Below, piece by piece: positions 32,301 through 40,662 of a DNA stretch of 64,000 nucleotides. Each line of letters opens with the position of its first letter. Positions within the stretch are counted from its first letter, which is position 1. The stretch spans positions 32,001 through 96,000 of the forward strand of contig CAVVHE010000008.1 of NCBI GenBank assembly GCA_963748015.1. Reading direction: 5' to 3'. Source of the stretch: Terriglobia bacterium. Its GTDB lineage: Bacteria > Acidobacteriota > Polarisedimenticolia > Polarisedimenticolales > JAIQFR01. The notes below the pieces were generated by a model. It was given only the letters and a program-made list of their open reading frames with translations, did not search any database and was not told where the DNA came from. The position numbers and the translations under genes are program-made.

Positions 32301-33116
32301 AGCGCGGGCGCCTGCGCGGATCTCACGAGTCCCACGCTCACGCTCGCCGATCCCGCGCAGGGCCCCCAACTCTCCTTCGCGACAAAGCACGACCTCGAGT
32401 ACGACCCCTACGGGGAGATCCTCGGGCGCGAAGGCTCGCTCGGTCAGGTGGAGATCGCCGCAGGCCCCTCGTACTCGAACTGGACCCGTGTGCCGCTCTC
32501 TCCGGATTACCCCGCAATCGTCGATTTCGCTTTCAACGATTGCGCGACGACGCAAAATCCAGGCAACTATTTCACGGGGCCTCGGCCCGTGTACTCGACC
32601 TACTCGGCCTCTCTCGGGAACTGGGCTGGGGGTGATGTGAAGATACGCTTCCACCTTTCCGGAGATTACCTCTATCCCGGAGGAAGCTGGCAGGTGGATG
32701 ACGTCTCGGTGACGAAGGCGATGGTCCCGAGCGCATGCACGACGACGACTGCCGGTCCTCCGCCGGTCCCCGACGGCGCGATCGTGCCGGGACAGCCGAT
32801 GAGGGCCTCGAGGAGCGGCGCCAACGTCGCCGTAACCTGGGACACGTCCCAGTGCCCCGCAGCGGCAATCAACGTGTACCGTGGCGCGATGGGAAGCTTC
32901 GCGGCGTTCACCGGGGGCCACTGCGGCCTCTCGCCGACGGGGTCCGCCACATTGGCGATCCCGGACAATTCGTGGTTCGTCGTCGCCGCCACCGACGGCG
33001 CGAGCAGGGATGGAAGCTACGGCCGAACGCAATCCGGCGGCGAGCTCTCGTATTCCGGCGCCTCCTCCGCCTGTCCTGGGATCACGAGCCACGTCACGAA
33101 CAACCCGTGTCCGTGA
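29319..33116 (+). CDS. Secreted S8 subtilase (KP-43-like) with FN3-like domains and a Cys-containing C-terminal domain
   Basis: Triad motifs ADT, HGTH, GTSMS; AAGN; HSNSWG; signal peptide after GTG 29319 with GAGGTG RBS. Confidence 0.92.
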   Translation: MRNRILPIVLRGLALLIWLTAAYPSAGATAPEPPIELDMARGTFRPLEDGTGAPPTWFKAAEIRTSAARWRYVVAIARAPLSAGERQQLEAAGVELIGYIPRNGYRIRLAPEAESAVRRLPFIAWLGEVPAHFKLERGLAARAETPAAATAVRVVLAAGEPEGRVMAAIAGLDSTAAPSGFGGAWRIHVAVPGGRFAGLLSSLAYLPEVEAIESAKPVRAFNQDAVWVHQSFVGPSPQQTPVFDHGIFGCGQILAIADTAQDYDACYFRDTVNGPPPVATCSLPPCPPAAPAPSRRKDILYYDWSGGPTGEADTCPATITGTSGHGTHTSGTLAGDNSPYADCSSFSTPNRSGGDGLAPGAKLVIEELGDGFEYLNNLGGTLWNLADVAFQSGARIHSNSWGGACYDVFGTCTPGCTMPYDSYARDADLAMWTHPDLLIVTAAGNGGLYCPPPISIGTPANAKNPISVGSVGHGASASIPSGFSSPGPVEDGRLAPTLAAQGEFTVSAASDASLATNNCASCSLDGTSMSAPTVAGLAALVREYYTSGFYPGGARNPAQGFVPSAALIKATLVDGAVPLGPEAPYPDFTSGYGRVQLDRTLSFAGGAFRLRVDDRREGIGTGGVVTHAYDVSAGTPLRATLAFTDYPAAINAAVARVNELELEVVDPAGNVWFQTLDPANGLPVPSSNPSNPHDSRNVVERLVFEHPAAGRWVVRVRGVAVPWGPQPFALVVRGDLADCASPAAPPAPTLATPADREVLVSWSPVSGAAAYNVYRTLGACPGGPFVSVASAVTGTSFLDTTVSGGVTYAYVVVAASDASGYCESARSPCASVVPTGDCSLAPSFAGVKAAGSAGSSNCAVNLAWNPAIPYCPGDVRYNVYRGTTSGFVPGSSNRIARCLVGTSFTDAVDLVPGAAKWYVVRAEDASSGHGGPCRGGNEETNLASLAAVPDGPSAIGTWTDDAGDTGTAKLSAVSPWIAAPTGGNAGPGVYTASSSAGACADLTSPTLTLADPAQGPQLSFATKHDLEYDPYGEILGREGSLGQVEIAAGPSYSNWTRVPLSPDYPAIVDFAFNDCATTQNPGNYFTGPRPVYSTYSASLGNWAGGDVKIRFHLSGDYLYPGGSWQVDDVSVTKAMVPSACTTTTAGPPPVPDGAIVPGQPMRASRSGANVAVTWDTSQCPAAAINVYRGAMGSFAAFTGGHCGLSPTGSATLAIPDNSWFVVAATDGASRDGSYGRTQSGGELSYSGASSACPGITSHVTNNPCP

Positions 33117-33394
33117 ACGGGCAGGGGCGAGACCTCCGAAAACCTCGGCGGGCGGGAACCCGTTCAACCCGCGATTTCGGGGTCGTTCCGGTCCCCACGA
33201 ACAACGGGCTCGTATCCCGGACCTCGAAAACGTGATTCGAGCCGAAAGTCGACTTCCGACAATCGCTCTCGCCGCGGGCATTGTCCAGTGGGAGAAGCCG
33301 GAACGGAGATTGCTCCGTTTCGTAACGGTCCCGTCCGGCCATCGGCACGGAGCGCCGTCGGCGGACGGTTCCAAGCTGCAACGGGGGGTCGGTC

Positions 33395-35035
33395 ATGAAG
33401 AAGCCGACGGTTCTTCTCGTCGACTACGATCCGATGAGCATCGAGAGCACCCGGGGTCCTCTCGCCCTTGCCGGCTACGACGTCGCCCTCGCGAAGAACG
33501 GCGTGGCCGGTCTCGAGGCGTTCCTGCAGGTGGACCCCGACATCGTGCTGACCCAGCTGATGCTTCCGAAGCTGCCCGGGCTCGACCTTTGCCGGGAGAT
33601 CCGCAAGACCCGGCCCGCCGGACGGCCTCCGATCCTCGTCTACGGCACGACCCCCGCGGAGAAAGGGCGCTCGCAGGCGCTCGCCGCCGGCGCCAGCGGT
33701 TATCTCGTCGCGCCGATGAACCCCGAGACGCTCGTCGCGACCTGCAACGACTACCTGATGGGGTGCGGTGTCGAGGCTTTCGAGGAGATCGTCGAGTCGC
33801 CGGAGCCCGACGGCGTCCCCGCGGAAGCGCCCCTCTCCAGCGAAAGCGAGCACGCGGCGGCCGCGGCGGAGATCCTTGAGCGACTGGACGCGTTTCTTCC
33901 CTCGAGGCCGGTGGAGATCCCTCCGCCTCCCATCGTGGAGAGCGCCGTGGCCGCGCCGGCCGCGGTCATTCGCGACGAGACGCCCGCGCCGTCCACGGTG
34001 CCTCCGCTGCCGCAGACCCAGGCTGACGCGAGCCCGGCGGTCGAGGCGACGGCGACGGCGGCGACGACCGCCACCCCTACGACGACGGCGACGGTGGTGG
34101 AGAGACCGGTGCGTTCGCCGGTCCAGGGGAAGGGGCCGGGACGAGCGGGGGTCCGGTGGACGAGAGTCCTCCCGGCGCTCGCCCTGGGAGCCGGCCTCCT
34201 CGTGGTGATCCTCGCCCTCCGGGGCCGAGCCCTTCCCGGTCGCGAGCCCGGCACGCCGGCGTCCCCGGGCGTCGATCGCTCGGTGCCGTCCGAGGCGGTC
34301 TCCAACGAGGCACAGTCGTCGAACGAAAAAACGCCTGCCGGTGCGGCCACGCAGGATCCCGCGAGCGTCGCGCCACTCGCGGCCTCGCCGGAGCGCGCAT
34401 CCGTGCAACGACTCCCCGAGTCGACCCGCGACGGCTCGAAGCTCGCGACCGATCCGCGCTCCGAATCCCCGAGGGAAGAGCCCGGGGTCCCCGTTCCCTC
34501 CACGACAGCGTCGCCGAGCGTCGCGGCGGATGCGCGCGGCGCGGTATCGGAGCCGGTATCGGAACCCGCGATCACGCCCGAAGCGAAGCCCGCGCCCGCC
34601 GCGGCCGTCCCCGTAGCCCCCCCGGAGCCCGCTGCCGCGAGCGGCGAGCTCTTGAAGCTCCTCTCGCCCGAACTCTACGCAGCGGCGACGCCCGAGCAGC
34701 CACCGACGGCGGACCCTTCTCGGAAGTCCCCGACTCGCGCCGGCGAGCTGGTCGAGCTCGACAGCGTGGACACCCAGCCGGTCGCCAGGTCCCGCGCGCA
34801 GCCGGCCTATCCCGAGCTTGCGCGAAGGATGCGCTACTCGGGAACGGCGGTGCTCCGGATCCTGGTGGACGAGACGGGCAGGGTGGCCGAGGCGGAGCCC
34901 GAAGGCGCCCCGGCCCGCAAGGAGTTCCTCGCCGCGGCCATCAAGGCCGTGCGAACGTGGACCTACAGCCCGGCCACGAAGGACGGGGTGCCCGTGAAGA
35001 CACGGCTCACCGTGCAAGTCGTCTTCCAGCCCTGA
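33395..35035 (+). CDS. Pseudo-receiver domain, TM helix, Pro/Ala linker and TonB C-terminal domain fusion
   Basis: N-terminal REC fold (VLLVDYD...LPKLPGLDLC); TM VLPALALGAGLLVVILAL; C-terminal PAYPELARR...GTAVLRILVDETGRV...W.YSPA..DGVPV. Confidence 0.85.
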   Translation: MKKPTVLLVDYDPMSIESTRGPLALAGYDVALAKNGVAGLEAFLQVDPDIVLTQLMLPKLPGLDLCREIRKTRPAGRPPILVYGTTPAEKGRSQALAAGASGYLVAPMNPETLVATCNDYLMGCGVEAFEEIVESPEPDGVPAEAPLSSESEHAAAAAEILERLDAFLPSRPVEIPPPPIVESAVAAPAAVIRDETPAPSTVPPLPQTQADASPAVEATATAATTATPTTTATVVERPVRSPVQGKGPGRAGVRWTRVLPALALGAGLLVVILALRGRALPGREPGTPASPGVDRSVPSEAVSNEAQSSNEKTPAGAATQDPASVAPLAASPERASVQRLPESTRDGSKLATDPRSESPREEPGVPVPSTTASPSVAADARGAVSEPVSEPAITPEAKPAPAAAVPVAPPEPAAASGELLKLLSPELYAAATPEQPPTADPSRKSPTRAGELVELDSVDTQPVARSRAQPAYPELARRMRYSGTAVLRILVDETGRVAEAEPEGAPARKEFLAAAIKAVRTWTYSPATKDGVPVKTRLTVQVVFQP

Positions 35036-35215
35036 TTCCCGCGGGCAGCGCGCTTCGCCCCGCCCGGCGGCGGGCGCCTTGAACTCCTCCCGAGGCCGGG
35101 AGAGAATGTTCGGGGGGCCGGGCGCCGGGGTCGGGTAGCAGCCCGACACCGCCAATTCAACCTAACGATCGCGTCCCGCGTCGGGCGACCGGCGAAGGGG
35201 CGAGGAGTCATACGA

Positions 35216-36271
35216 ATGCGTCGCTGGATCATGAGCGTCGTCGCGGTCTCCGCGGCGTGCGCGGCGTTGTCGCCGCGCGCGTTCGCGCAGGTCAACATCC
35301 CTCGCGAGGCGCGGGCGGGGGAATCGCACCTCGCGAACCTCCGGCAGCTCACGGACGAGGGCACGCAGGCGGAGGCCTACTTCAGCCGCGACGGGAAGTG
35401 GATCACCTTCCAGGCCACGCGCGGCGATCACCCGTGCGACCTGCAGTACGTGATGCGCGTCGACGGGACCGGCCTTCGCCGGATCTCGCCGGCCGGGGGC
35501 AAGTCCACCTGCGGCTGGTTCCTGAAGGACGGGAAGCACCTCTTCTTCGCCTCGACCCACGCGCAGGGGGACGCCTGCCCGCCGCGTCCCGACCCCTCCA
35601 AGGGGTACGTGTGGGGGATCGACCCCTTCGACTTCTACACCGTCGCCCGCGACGGCAGCGACCTGCGCCGGCTCACCAGCTACGGCGTCTACACCGCCGA
35701 AGGCACCCTCTCCCCCGACGGGAAGCGCATCGTCTTCACCTCCCTCAAGGACGGCGACCTCGACATCTACACGATGAACGTGGACGGCACCGACGTGCGC
35801 CGCCTCACGACCGCGCCCGGATACGACGGCGGCCCGTGGTGGTCGCCGGACGGCAAGAGGATCGTGTATCGCGCCTATCATCCGACCGATCCGGCCGAGC
35901 TCGAGGACTACCGGGCGCTGCTCGCCCAGCGAGTCATCCGCCCGAACAAGATGGAGCTCTGGGTCATGAACGCCGACGGGAGCGATCAGCGGCAGATCAC
36001 CCGACTCGGCGGCGCCAACTTCGGCCCGTCGTGGACGCCGGACGGCAAGCTGATCATCTTCTCGTCGAACCACAAAAACCCGCGCAGCGCCAACTTCGAT
36101 CTCTACCTCGTCGCGCCCGACGGCACCGGCCTCACCCAGCTCACGAACGACGAGGGCTTCGACGGGTTCCCGATGTTCAGCCCCAACGGCAAGAAGCTGA
36201 TCTGGGGCTCTGGGCGCAACGCCAAGGGCGAGCGCAACGTCAACCTGTTCATCGCCGACTGGCGGCCGTAG
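35216..36271 (+). CDS. TolB-like beta-propeller (PD40 repeats), exported
   Basis: Repeated SPDGK.I.F and DG....LT motifs; signal peptide. Confidence 0.88.
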   Translation: MRRWIMSVVAVSAACAALSPRAFAQVNIPREARAGESHLANLRQLTDEGTQAEAYFSRDGKWITFQATRGDHPCDLQYVMRVDGTGLRRISPAGGKSTCGWFLKDGKHLFFASTHAQGDACPPRPDPSKGYVWGIDPFDFYTVARDGSDLRRLTSYGVYTAEGTLSPDGKRIVFTSLKDGDLDIYTMNVDGTDVRRLTTAPGYDGGPWWSPDGKRIVYRAYHPTDPAELEDYRALLAQRVIRPNKMELWVMNADGSDQRQITRLGGANFGPSWTPDGKLIIFSSNHKNPRSANFDLYLVAPDGTGLTQLTNDEGFDGFPMFSPNGKKLIWGSGRNAKGERNVNLFIADWRP

Positions 36272-36345
36272 CCAGGGCCGTCCCCGCCGCGACGGGCGCG
36301 CTCCTCGCGGTGTATCGTTACCCCCGATCATCCGTGGGAGCGAGC

Positions 36346-38175
36346 ATGAGAGCAGTCATGCGCAGGTCCGTTTCGGCGCGCTCGCGCGCGGCGGTCTGCG
36401 TTCTGGCGCTTGCGACATGGGTGGGTTGCTCCGGCAGCGGAGCGCCGGCCCCGCCAGCTTCCGCGTCGCGCGAGCCACGAGCGGCGAAGGCAGGCGGAGC
36501 GCCGTCGGTTCTCCTCGTCACGATCGACACGTGGCGATGGGACCATCTCGGGGCAAGCGCCCAGGGAAAGGTCGAAACGCCCAACCTGGACCGGCTCGCA
36601 GCGGAGGGGACGTATCTGCGGAGGATCCAGAGCACCTGCCCGCTCACCACGCCCGCCCACGCTTCGATCCTGACCGGCCTCCCGCCTCTCGGGCACGGGA
36701 TCCGGGACAACCAGCACTTCTCGCTGAAGCCGGGAGTGACGACGCTCGCGGAGAAGTTCAAGGAGCGCGGCTACCGCACCGGCGCCGTGATCTCCGGCGC
36801 GCCGCTCCGGAGGACCTACGGCCTCGACCGCGGGTTCGACCACTACGACGACCAGGGGCTCGGGATCGAGGGCGACAACGCGATCACGCCGTCCTCCCGG
36901 CCGGCAGAGGTGACGACGGCGCGGGCGCTCGAATGGCTAGGGAAGCAGCCGCGGGACGCGCGCCTCTTCCTGTGGGTCCACTACTACGATCCCCACGAGC
37001 CTTATCTGCCCCCCTCTCCTTTCTTCGACCGGTACCCCGGAAGGCCGTACGCGGGGGAGGTCGCCTACGTGGACGCGCAGCTCGCGCCGCTGCTCGAGCG
37101 CGCGCGATCGGATGCGTCGAGACCGTGGGTCGTCGCGGTGACCGGCGATCACGGGGAAGGGCTGGGGGATCACGGCGAGAGGACGCACGGGATCCTTCTG
37201 TACGGGTCGACGACGGAGGTCCCGCTCATTCTCTGGCCGGCGCGCGGGCCGGCGGCGGGCGCCGCCCCTTTCGGTCTCGTGGACGTCGCGCCGACGCTCT
37301 GCGACCTCGCCGGCGTGCGCCGCTTCGTCGGCGAGGGCGTCTCGGTTTTTTCCGGCGCGCCCGCGGACCGCTGGCTCGCCGCGGAGACGGTCTACCCGGC
37401 CCTGGGCTACGGCCTGAACCCGGCGTCCCTCCTGCGGAGGGGGAGCCTGGTCTACCTCGAGCACGGGAGCCCGGAGGTCTACGACCTCGCCTCCGATGCG
37501 GGCCAGGCGACGGACCTGGCCGCCTCGGACCGCGGCCGCGAGTTCGCCCGCCGCGCGCTCGTCGAGAAGGAGAGGCTCCTCGGATCCGAGCTCGACGCGA
37601 CCGAGCGGACGCTCTCGCTCTCGAGAGGGGAGACGGAGGCTCTGAGATCGCTCGGCTACGTCGAGGGGCCGCGGACGGCCCGTCGGGCGCTCAGGAGAGT
37701 GGACCTTCGCCGCTTCGCGGCGGACCTGTCGAGGCTCGACGAGGCGCGGCGGCTGTTCTCGGCCCGGCGCCACGCGGAAGCCCTGCGGGTCTACGACGCG
37801 TTCGTCGGCGCGTATCCCGACTCCGCGATGGCTCACCAGGAGCGGGGACAGGTCCTCGCCGCGATGGGAAACGGCGCCGAGGCCGCGCGCGCCTTCGGCA
37901 AGGCGCTCGCCCTAGATCCGGCCGACGCGATCTCCGCCCTCGACCTCGGCAACCTCGCCGCGGCCCGCGGCGACTATGCGGTGGCCGAGTCCTTCTTCCG
38001 CCGGTCTCTCTCGATCGAGGAGGGACAGCCGGAGGCGCACCTCAATCTCGCGCTTCTCTATCTCCACTACCTGAAGCGTCCGAAGGAGGCGAAGGCTCAC
38101 TTCGAGCGATTCCTCCAACTCGCTCCGGACGATCGGGAGGCGCCGGAAGTCCGGCGTCTCGCCGCCGGGCTCTGA
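36346..38175 (+). CDS. Sulfatase-like hydrolase (alkaline phosphatase superfamily) with C-terminal TPRs; possible lipoprotein
   Basis: VTIDT, PLTTPAHASILTG, HYYDPH, GDHGE; TPR repeats; WVG-C lipobox-like site. Confidence 0.88.
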   Translation: MRAVMRRSVSARSRAAVCVLALATWVGCSGSGAPAPPASASREPRAAKAGGAPSVLLVTIDTWRWDHLGASAQGKVETPNLDRLAAEGTYLRRIQSTCPLTTPAHASILTGLPPLGHGIRDNQHFSLKPGVTTLAEKFKERGYRTGAVISGAPLRRTYGLDRGFDHYDDQGLGIEGDNAITPSSRPAEVTTARALEWLGKQPRDARLFLWVHYYDPHEPYLPPSPFFDRYPGRPYAGEVAYVDAQLAPLLERARSDASRPWVVAVTGDHGEGLGDHGERTHGILLYGSTTEVPLILWPARGPAAGAAPFGLVDVAPTLCDLAGVRRFVGEGVSVFSGAPADRWLAAETVYPALGYGLNPASLLRRGSLVYLEHGSPEVYDLASDAGQATDLAASDRGREFARRALVEKERLLGSELDATERTLSLSRGETEALRSLGYVEGPRTARRALRRVDLRRFAADLSRLDEARRLFSARRHAEALRVYDAFVGAYPDSAMAHQERGQVLAAMGNGAEAARAFGKALALDPADAISALDLGNLAAARGDYAVAESFFRRSLSIEEGQPEAHLNLALLYLHYLKRPKEAKAHFERFLQLAPDDREAPEVRRLAAGL

Positions 38176-38177
38176 GC

Positions 38178-39125
38178 ATGGTGCGCCGGCTCAGGAGACG
38201 ACCGTGGTGGCCCGGCCTCTCGATCGTCCTCCTCGCGACCCTCGCGGCCTGCGCCGTTCCTCCACCACCGCCTGCGCAGGTCCCGGCCGGCGAGGCGCGC
38301 CTGGCGGTGACGATCGACGATCTTCCCTGGCAGCGCGACGACGTTCCCGACCGGTTAGAGGCCACGGAGCGGATCCTGCGGGCCCTCGAGGACGAGGGAG
38401 CGCCCGCCACCGGGTTCGTCATCTGCTCGCACATCCGCCCCGGCGAGCCGATCCTGGAGAAGTGGCTCGAGGCCGGCATGGACCTCGGCAATCACACCGA
38501 CGCCCATCTCGACCTCAACAAGGCCGACCTCGCGTCGTGGCTCGACGACGTCTCCCGCTGCAACGTCACGCTGGAGAAGATCACCGGCAAACCCGTGCAT
38601 TGGTTCCGCTATCCGATGCTGCACCAGGGTCCCGACGCCGCGCGGCGGGACGCGGCCGCCGCGCGGGTCCGCGAGCTGGGACTTACGGTCGCTCACGTCT
38701 CGATCGACAACGTCGAGTGGCGCCTGGCCGCCTGGTACGGCGAGGCCGCCAAGCAGGGGAACGCGGCGCGGAAGGCCGCCATCGCGAGCGCCTACCGCGA
38801 GCACATCGTGGCCGCGGCGCGTCATTACCAGGAGGAGGCGAGGCGGAGGACGGGACGCGACGTCGCCCACGTCCTGCTCCTGCACGCGAACGCGCTCGCG
38901 GCCGATCACCTCGCGGAGGCACTCGCCGATCTGAAGCGGGCCGGATTCCGGTTCGTCACGCTCGAGGAGGCGCTGGCCGATCCCGTGTATCGCCTCCCCG
39001 ACCGTTACCTCGGTCCGTGGGGAATCTCCTTCCTCGAGAGGCTCGATCCCCCCACGAAGAACTCGGAGTGGATCGACGAGCAGGACGCGATGCTGGCGAA
39101 GCGCCTGGCGCCATCCGGTTCCTGA
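38178..39125 (+). CDS. Polysaccharide deacetylase (CE4) lipoprotein
   Basis: TIDDLP, GNHTDAH, FRYP, LLLH; lipobox LAA-C. Confidence 0.88.
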   Translation: MVRRLRRRPWWPGLSIVLLATLAACAVPPPPPAQVPAGEARLAVTIDDLPWQRDDVPDRLEATERILRALEDEGAPATGFVICSHIRPGEPILEKWLEAGMDLGNHTDAHLDLNKADLASWLDDVSRCNVTLEKITGKPVHWFRYPMLHQGPDAARRDAAAARVRELGLTVAHVSIDNVEWRLAAWYGEAAKQGNAARKAAIASAYREHIVAAARHYQEEARRRTGRDVAHVLLLHANALAADHLAEALADLKRAGFRFVTLEEALADPVYRLPDRYLGPWGISFLERLDPPTKNSEWIDEQDAMLAKRLAPSGS

Positions 39126-39382
39126 TCGCGTAAGATCGGCACGACGGCGGGCACGACCGGGAAGAAACTCCGCGCCGTTTGGTCCGACGCACGTCTGATC
39201 TGTTTGCTGCCTCGGGCCGTTTCGAGCCTATCGCACTCGATGATTCCACCCTGACCTCCGCTCGCGAATGGGTGGCCGGAGGAGTTCGATTCGATTCGCG
39301 CTCCGATTCCGGTTTCCGCCCCCCGCTCCTTGCAATTACGGACAGTTCTTGGCGCATTTCGTTCTTTCGGCCGCGTACCTCA

Positions 39383-39398
39383 TGGCATCGGCGTTGCA
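39383..39398 (+). promoter_or_regulatory. sigma54 (-24/-12) promoter upstream of the multiheme cytochrome
   Basis: TGGCATCGGCGTTGCA, with GG-N10-GC spacing. Confidence 0.65.
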
Positions 39399-39532
39399 AT
39401 CGCGCTGACGAGTCGGAGCATCATCCGCACGAGGCGGTGGGCCACGAGCACCGCGGTCCCGACGGAGTCCTCGAGGAAATTTCTGCTCCGCGCCGGCAAG
39501 GGAGGCGCGGATGGGACGAGGGAGAAGAGACG

Positions 39533-40468
39533 ATGACCGTGAGACGTACGCTGACCTTCGGGTTCTTTGTCGCGCTCGCCGCGCTGGTCTGCAGCGGCGC
39601 AGCGCTCGCCTACACTCAGTACAACGACGGTTGCCAGTCGTGCCACGGCGCCTTCACGGACTCCACCTCCACGAAGGGGAGCACGTTCCCCGGCAACGAC
39701 AAGCACGCGATGCATCGGTCGGCGCAAAACATGGACACCACCTGCGGCCTCTGTCACCGCTCGGACGACGGCAACAACCCCTTCATGGCGTCCTCGGACG
39801 GCGCCGGGACCGTCAACGGCCTCGGTTGCGTCGGTTGCCACGAGCCCCTCGGGCTCCGGCGCCACCACGACATCAACGGCGTGAGCGAGTGCGTGGGCTG
39901 CCACTCCAACGACGGGACGCCTCCGCCGGAGAGCCAGCAGCCGTACTACTACGGCACCACGGAAACCAAGGCGAACAACACCTGTAACCTCACCGCTACG
40001 ACCAGCCTCAACGAGAACTGGACGGTCAACTGCTGCGCCGGCCTCGACAACGACGGCGATGGTCTCTACGACGCGGCGGATCCGGATTGCGCCACGGCCA
40101 CGTCGACGCCGGGAGAGGCCGGCGCGACGGCGACCCTGCTCGTCACGGCCTACGACAAGGGCACCCAGGCCGTGACGATCAGCTTCGGCACCGCCTGCTC
40201 CGCGACGAACAACGTCGTGGAGTACGGCCCGCTCGCGAGCGTCTCGACGTACGGTTACGGCGGGCAGGTCTGCAACGTCGGCAACACCGGCGCCGCGACG
40301 TTCACCGCTCCTTCTGCCTCCTCCTTCTTCCTCGTCGTCGCGAGAAACACGACGAAGGAAGGCTCGTACGGCCGGCGAAGGACGGGCGCGACCCTCGCGG
40401 AGCGGCCGGAGGACGCCTCGAGCCCGACCTGCCCGGTGCCGCAGGATCTGACGCTGCGCTGCGACTGA
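39533..40468 (+). CDS. Secreted tetraheme c-type cytochrome with acidic Ca-binding-like motif and C-terminal domain
   Basis: Signal peptide; CQSCH, CGLCH, CVGCH, CVGCH; DNDGDGLYDAADPDC. Confidence 0.85.
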   Translation: MTVRRTLTFGFFVALAALVCSGAALAYTQYNDGCQSCHGAFTDSTSTKGSTFPGNDKHAMHRSAQNMDTTCGLCHRSDDGNNPFMASSDGAGTVNGLGCVGCHEPLGLRRHHDINGVSECVGCHSNDGTPPPESQQPYYYGTTETKANNTCNLTATTSLNENWTVNCCAGLDNDGDGLYDAADPDCATATSTPGEAGATATLLVTAYDKGTQAVTISFGTACSATNNVVEYGPLASVSTYGYGGQVCNVGNTGAATFTAPSASSFFLVVARNTTKEGSYGRRRTGATLAERPEDASSPTCPVPQDLTLRCD

Positions 40469-40583
40469 TTCCCGCCCCAACGACTCGTTCCTGCCGGCCG
40501 CCGTCGTCGCTCGACACGGCGGCCGGCTTCGTTCCTGCCCCCCCGTTCCCGCGGTGCCGGCGCCGCGGCATCGTCGCGCGAAC

Positions 40584-40612
40584 TTGACCCTCCCCGTGCA
40601 GCGCCGGATAAT
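40584..40612 (+). promoter_or_regulatory. sigma70-type promoter
   Basis: TTGACC-N17-GATAAT. Confidence 0.55.
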
Positions 40613-40662
40613 CGAAGTACATTCGTGAAGTCTTCGCACGCGGCGAAGAAACGGAGGTCGTC

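Noticed and set aside
33117..33394. Possible riboswitch in the long intergenic region
   Set aside because: No recognisable conserved aptamer motif by eye; an Rfam scan would be needed.
39270..39310. GGAGTTCGATTC resembling a tRNA T-loop (similar GGGTTCGTCCC near 9266)
   Set aside because: No cloverleaf, acceptor stem or CCA end can be formed.
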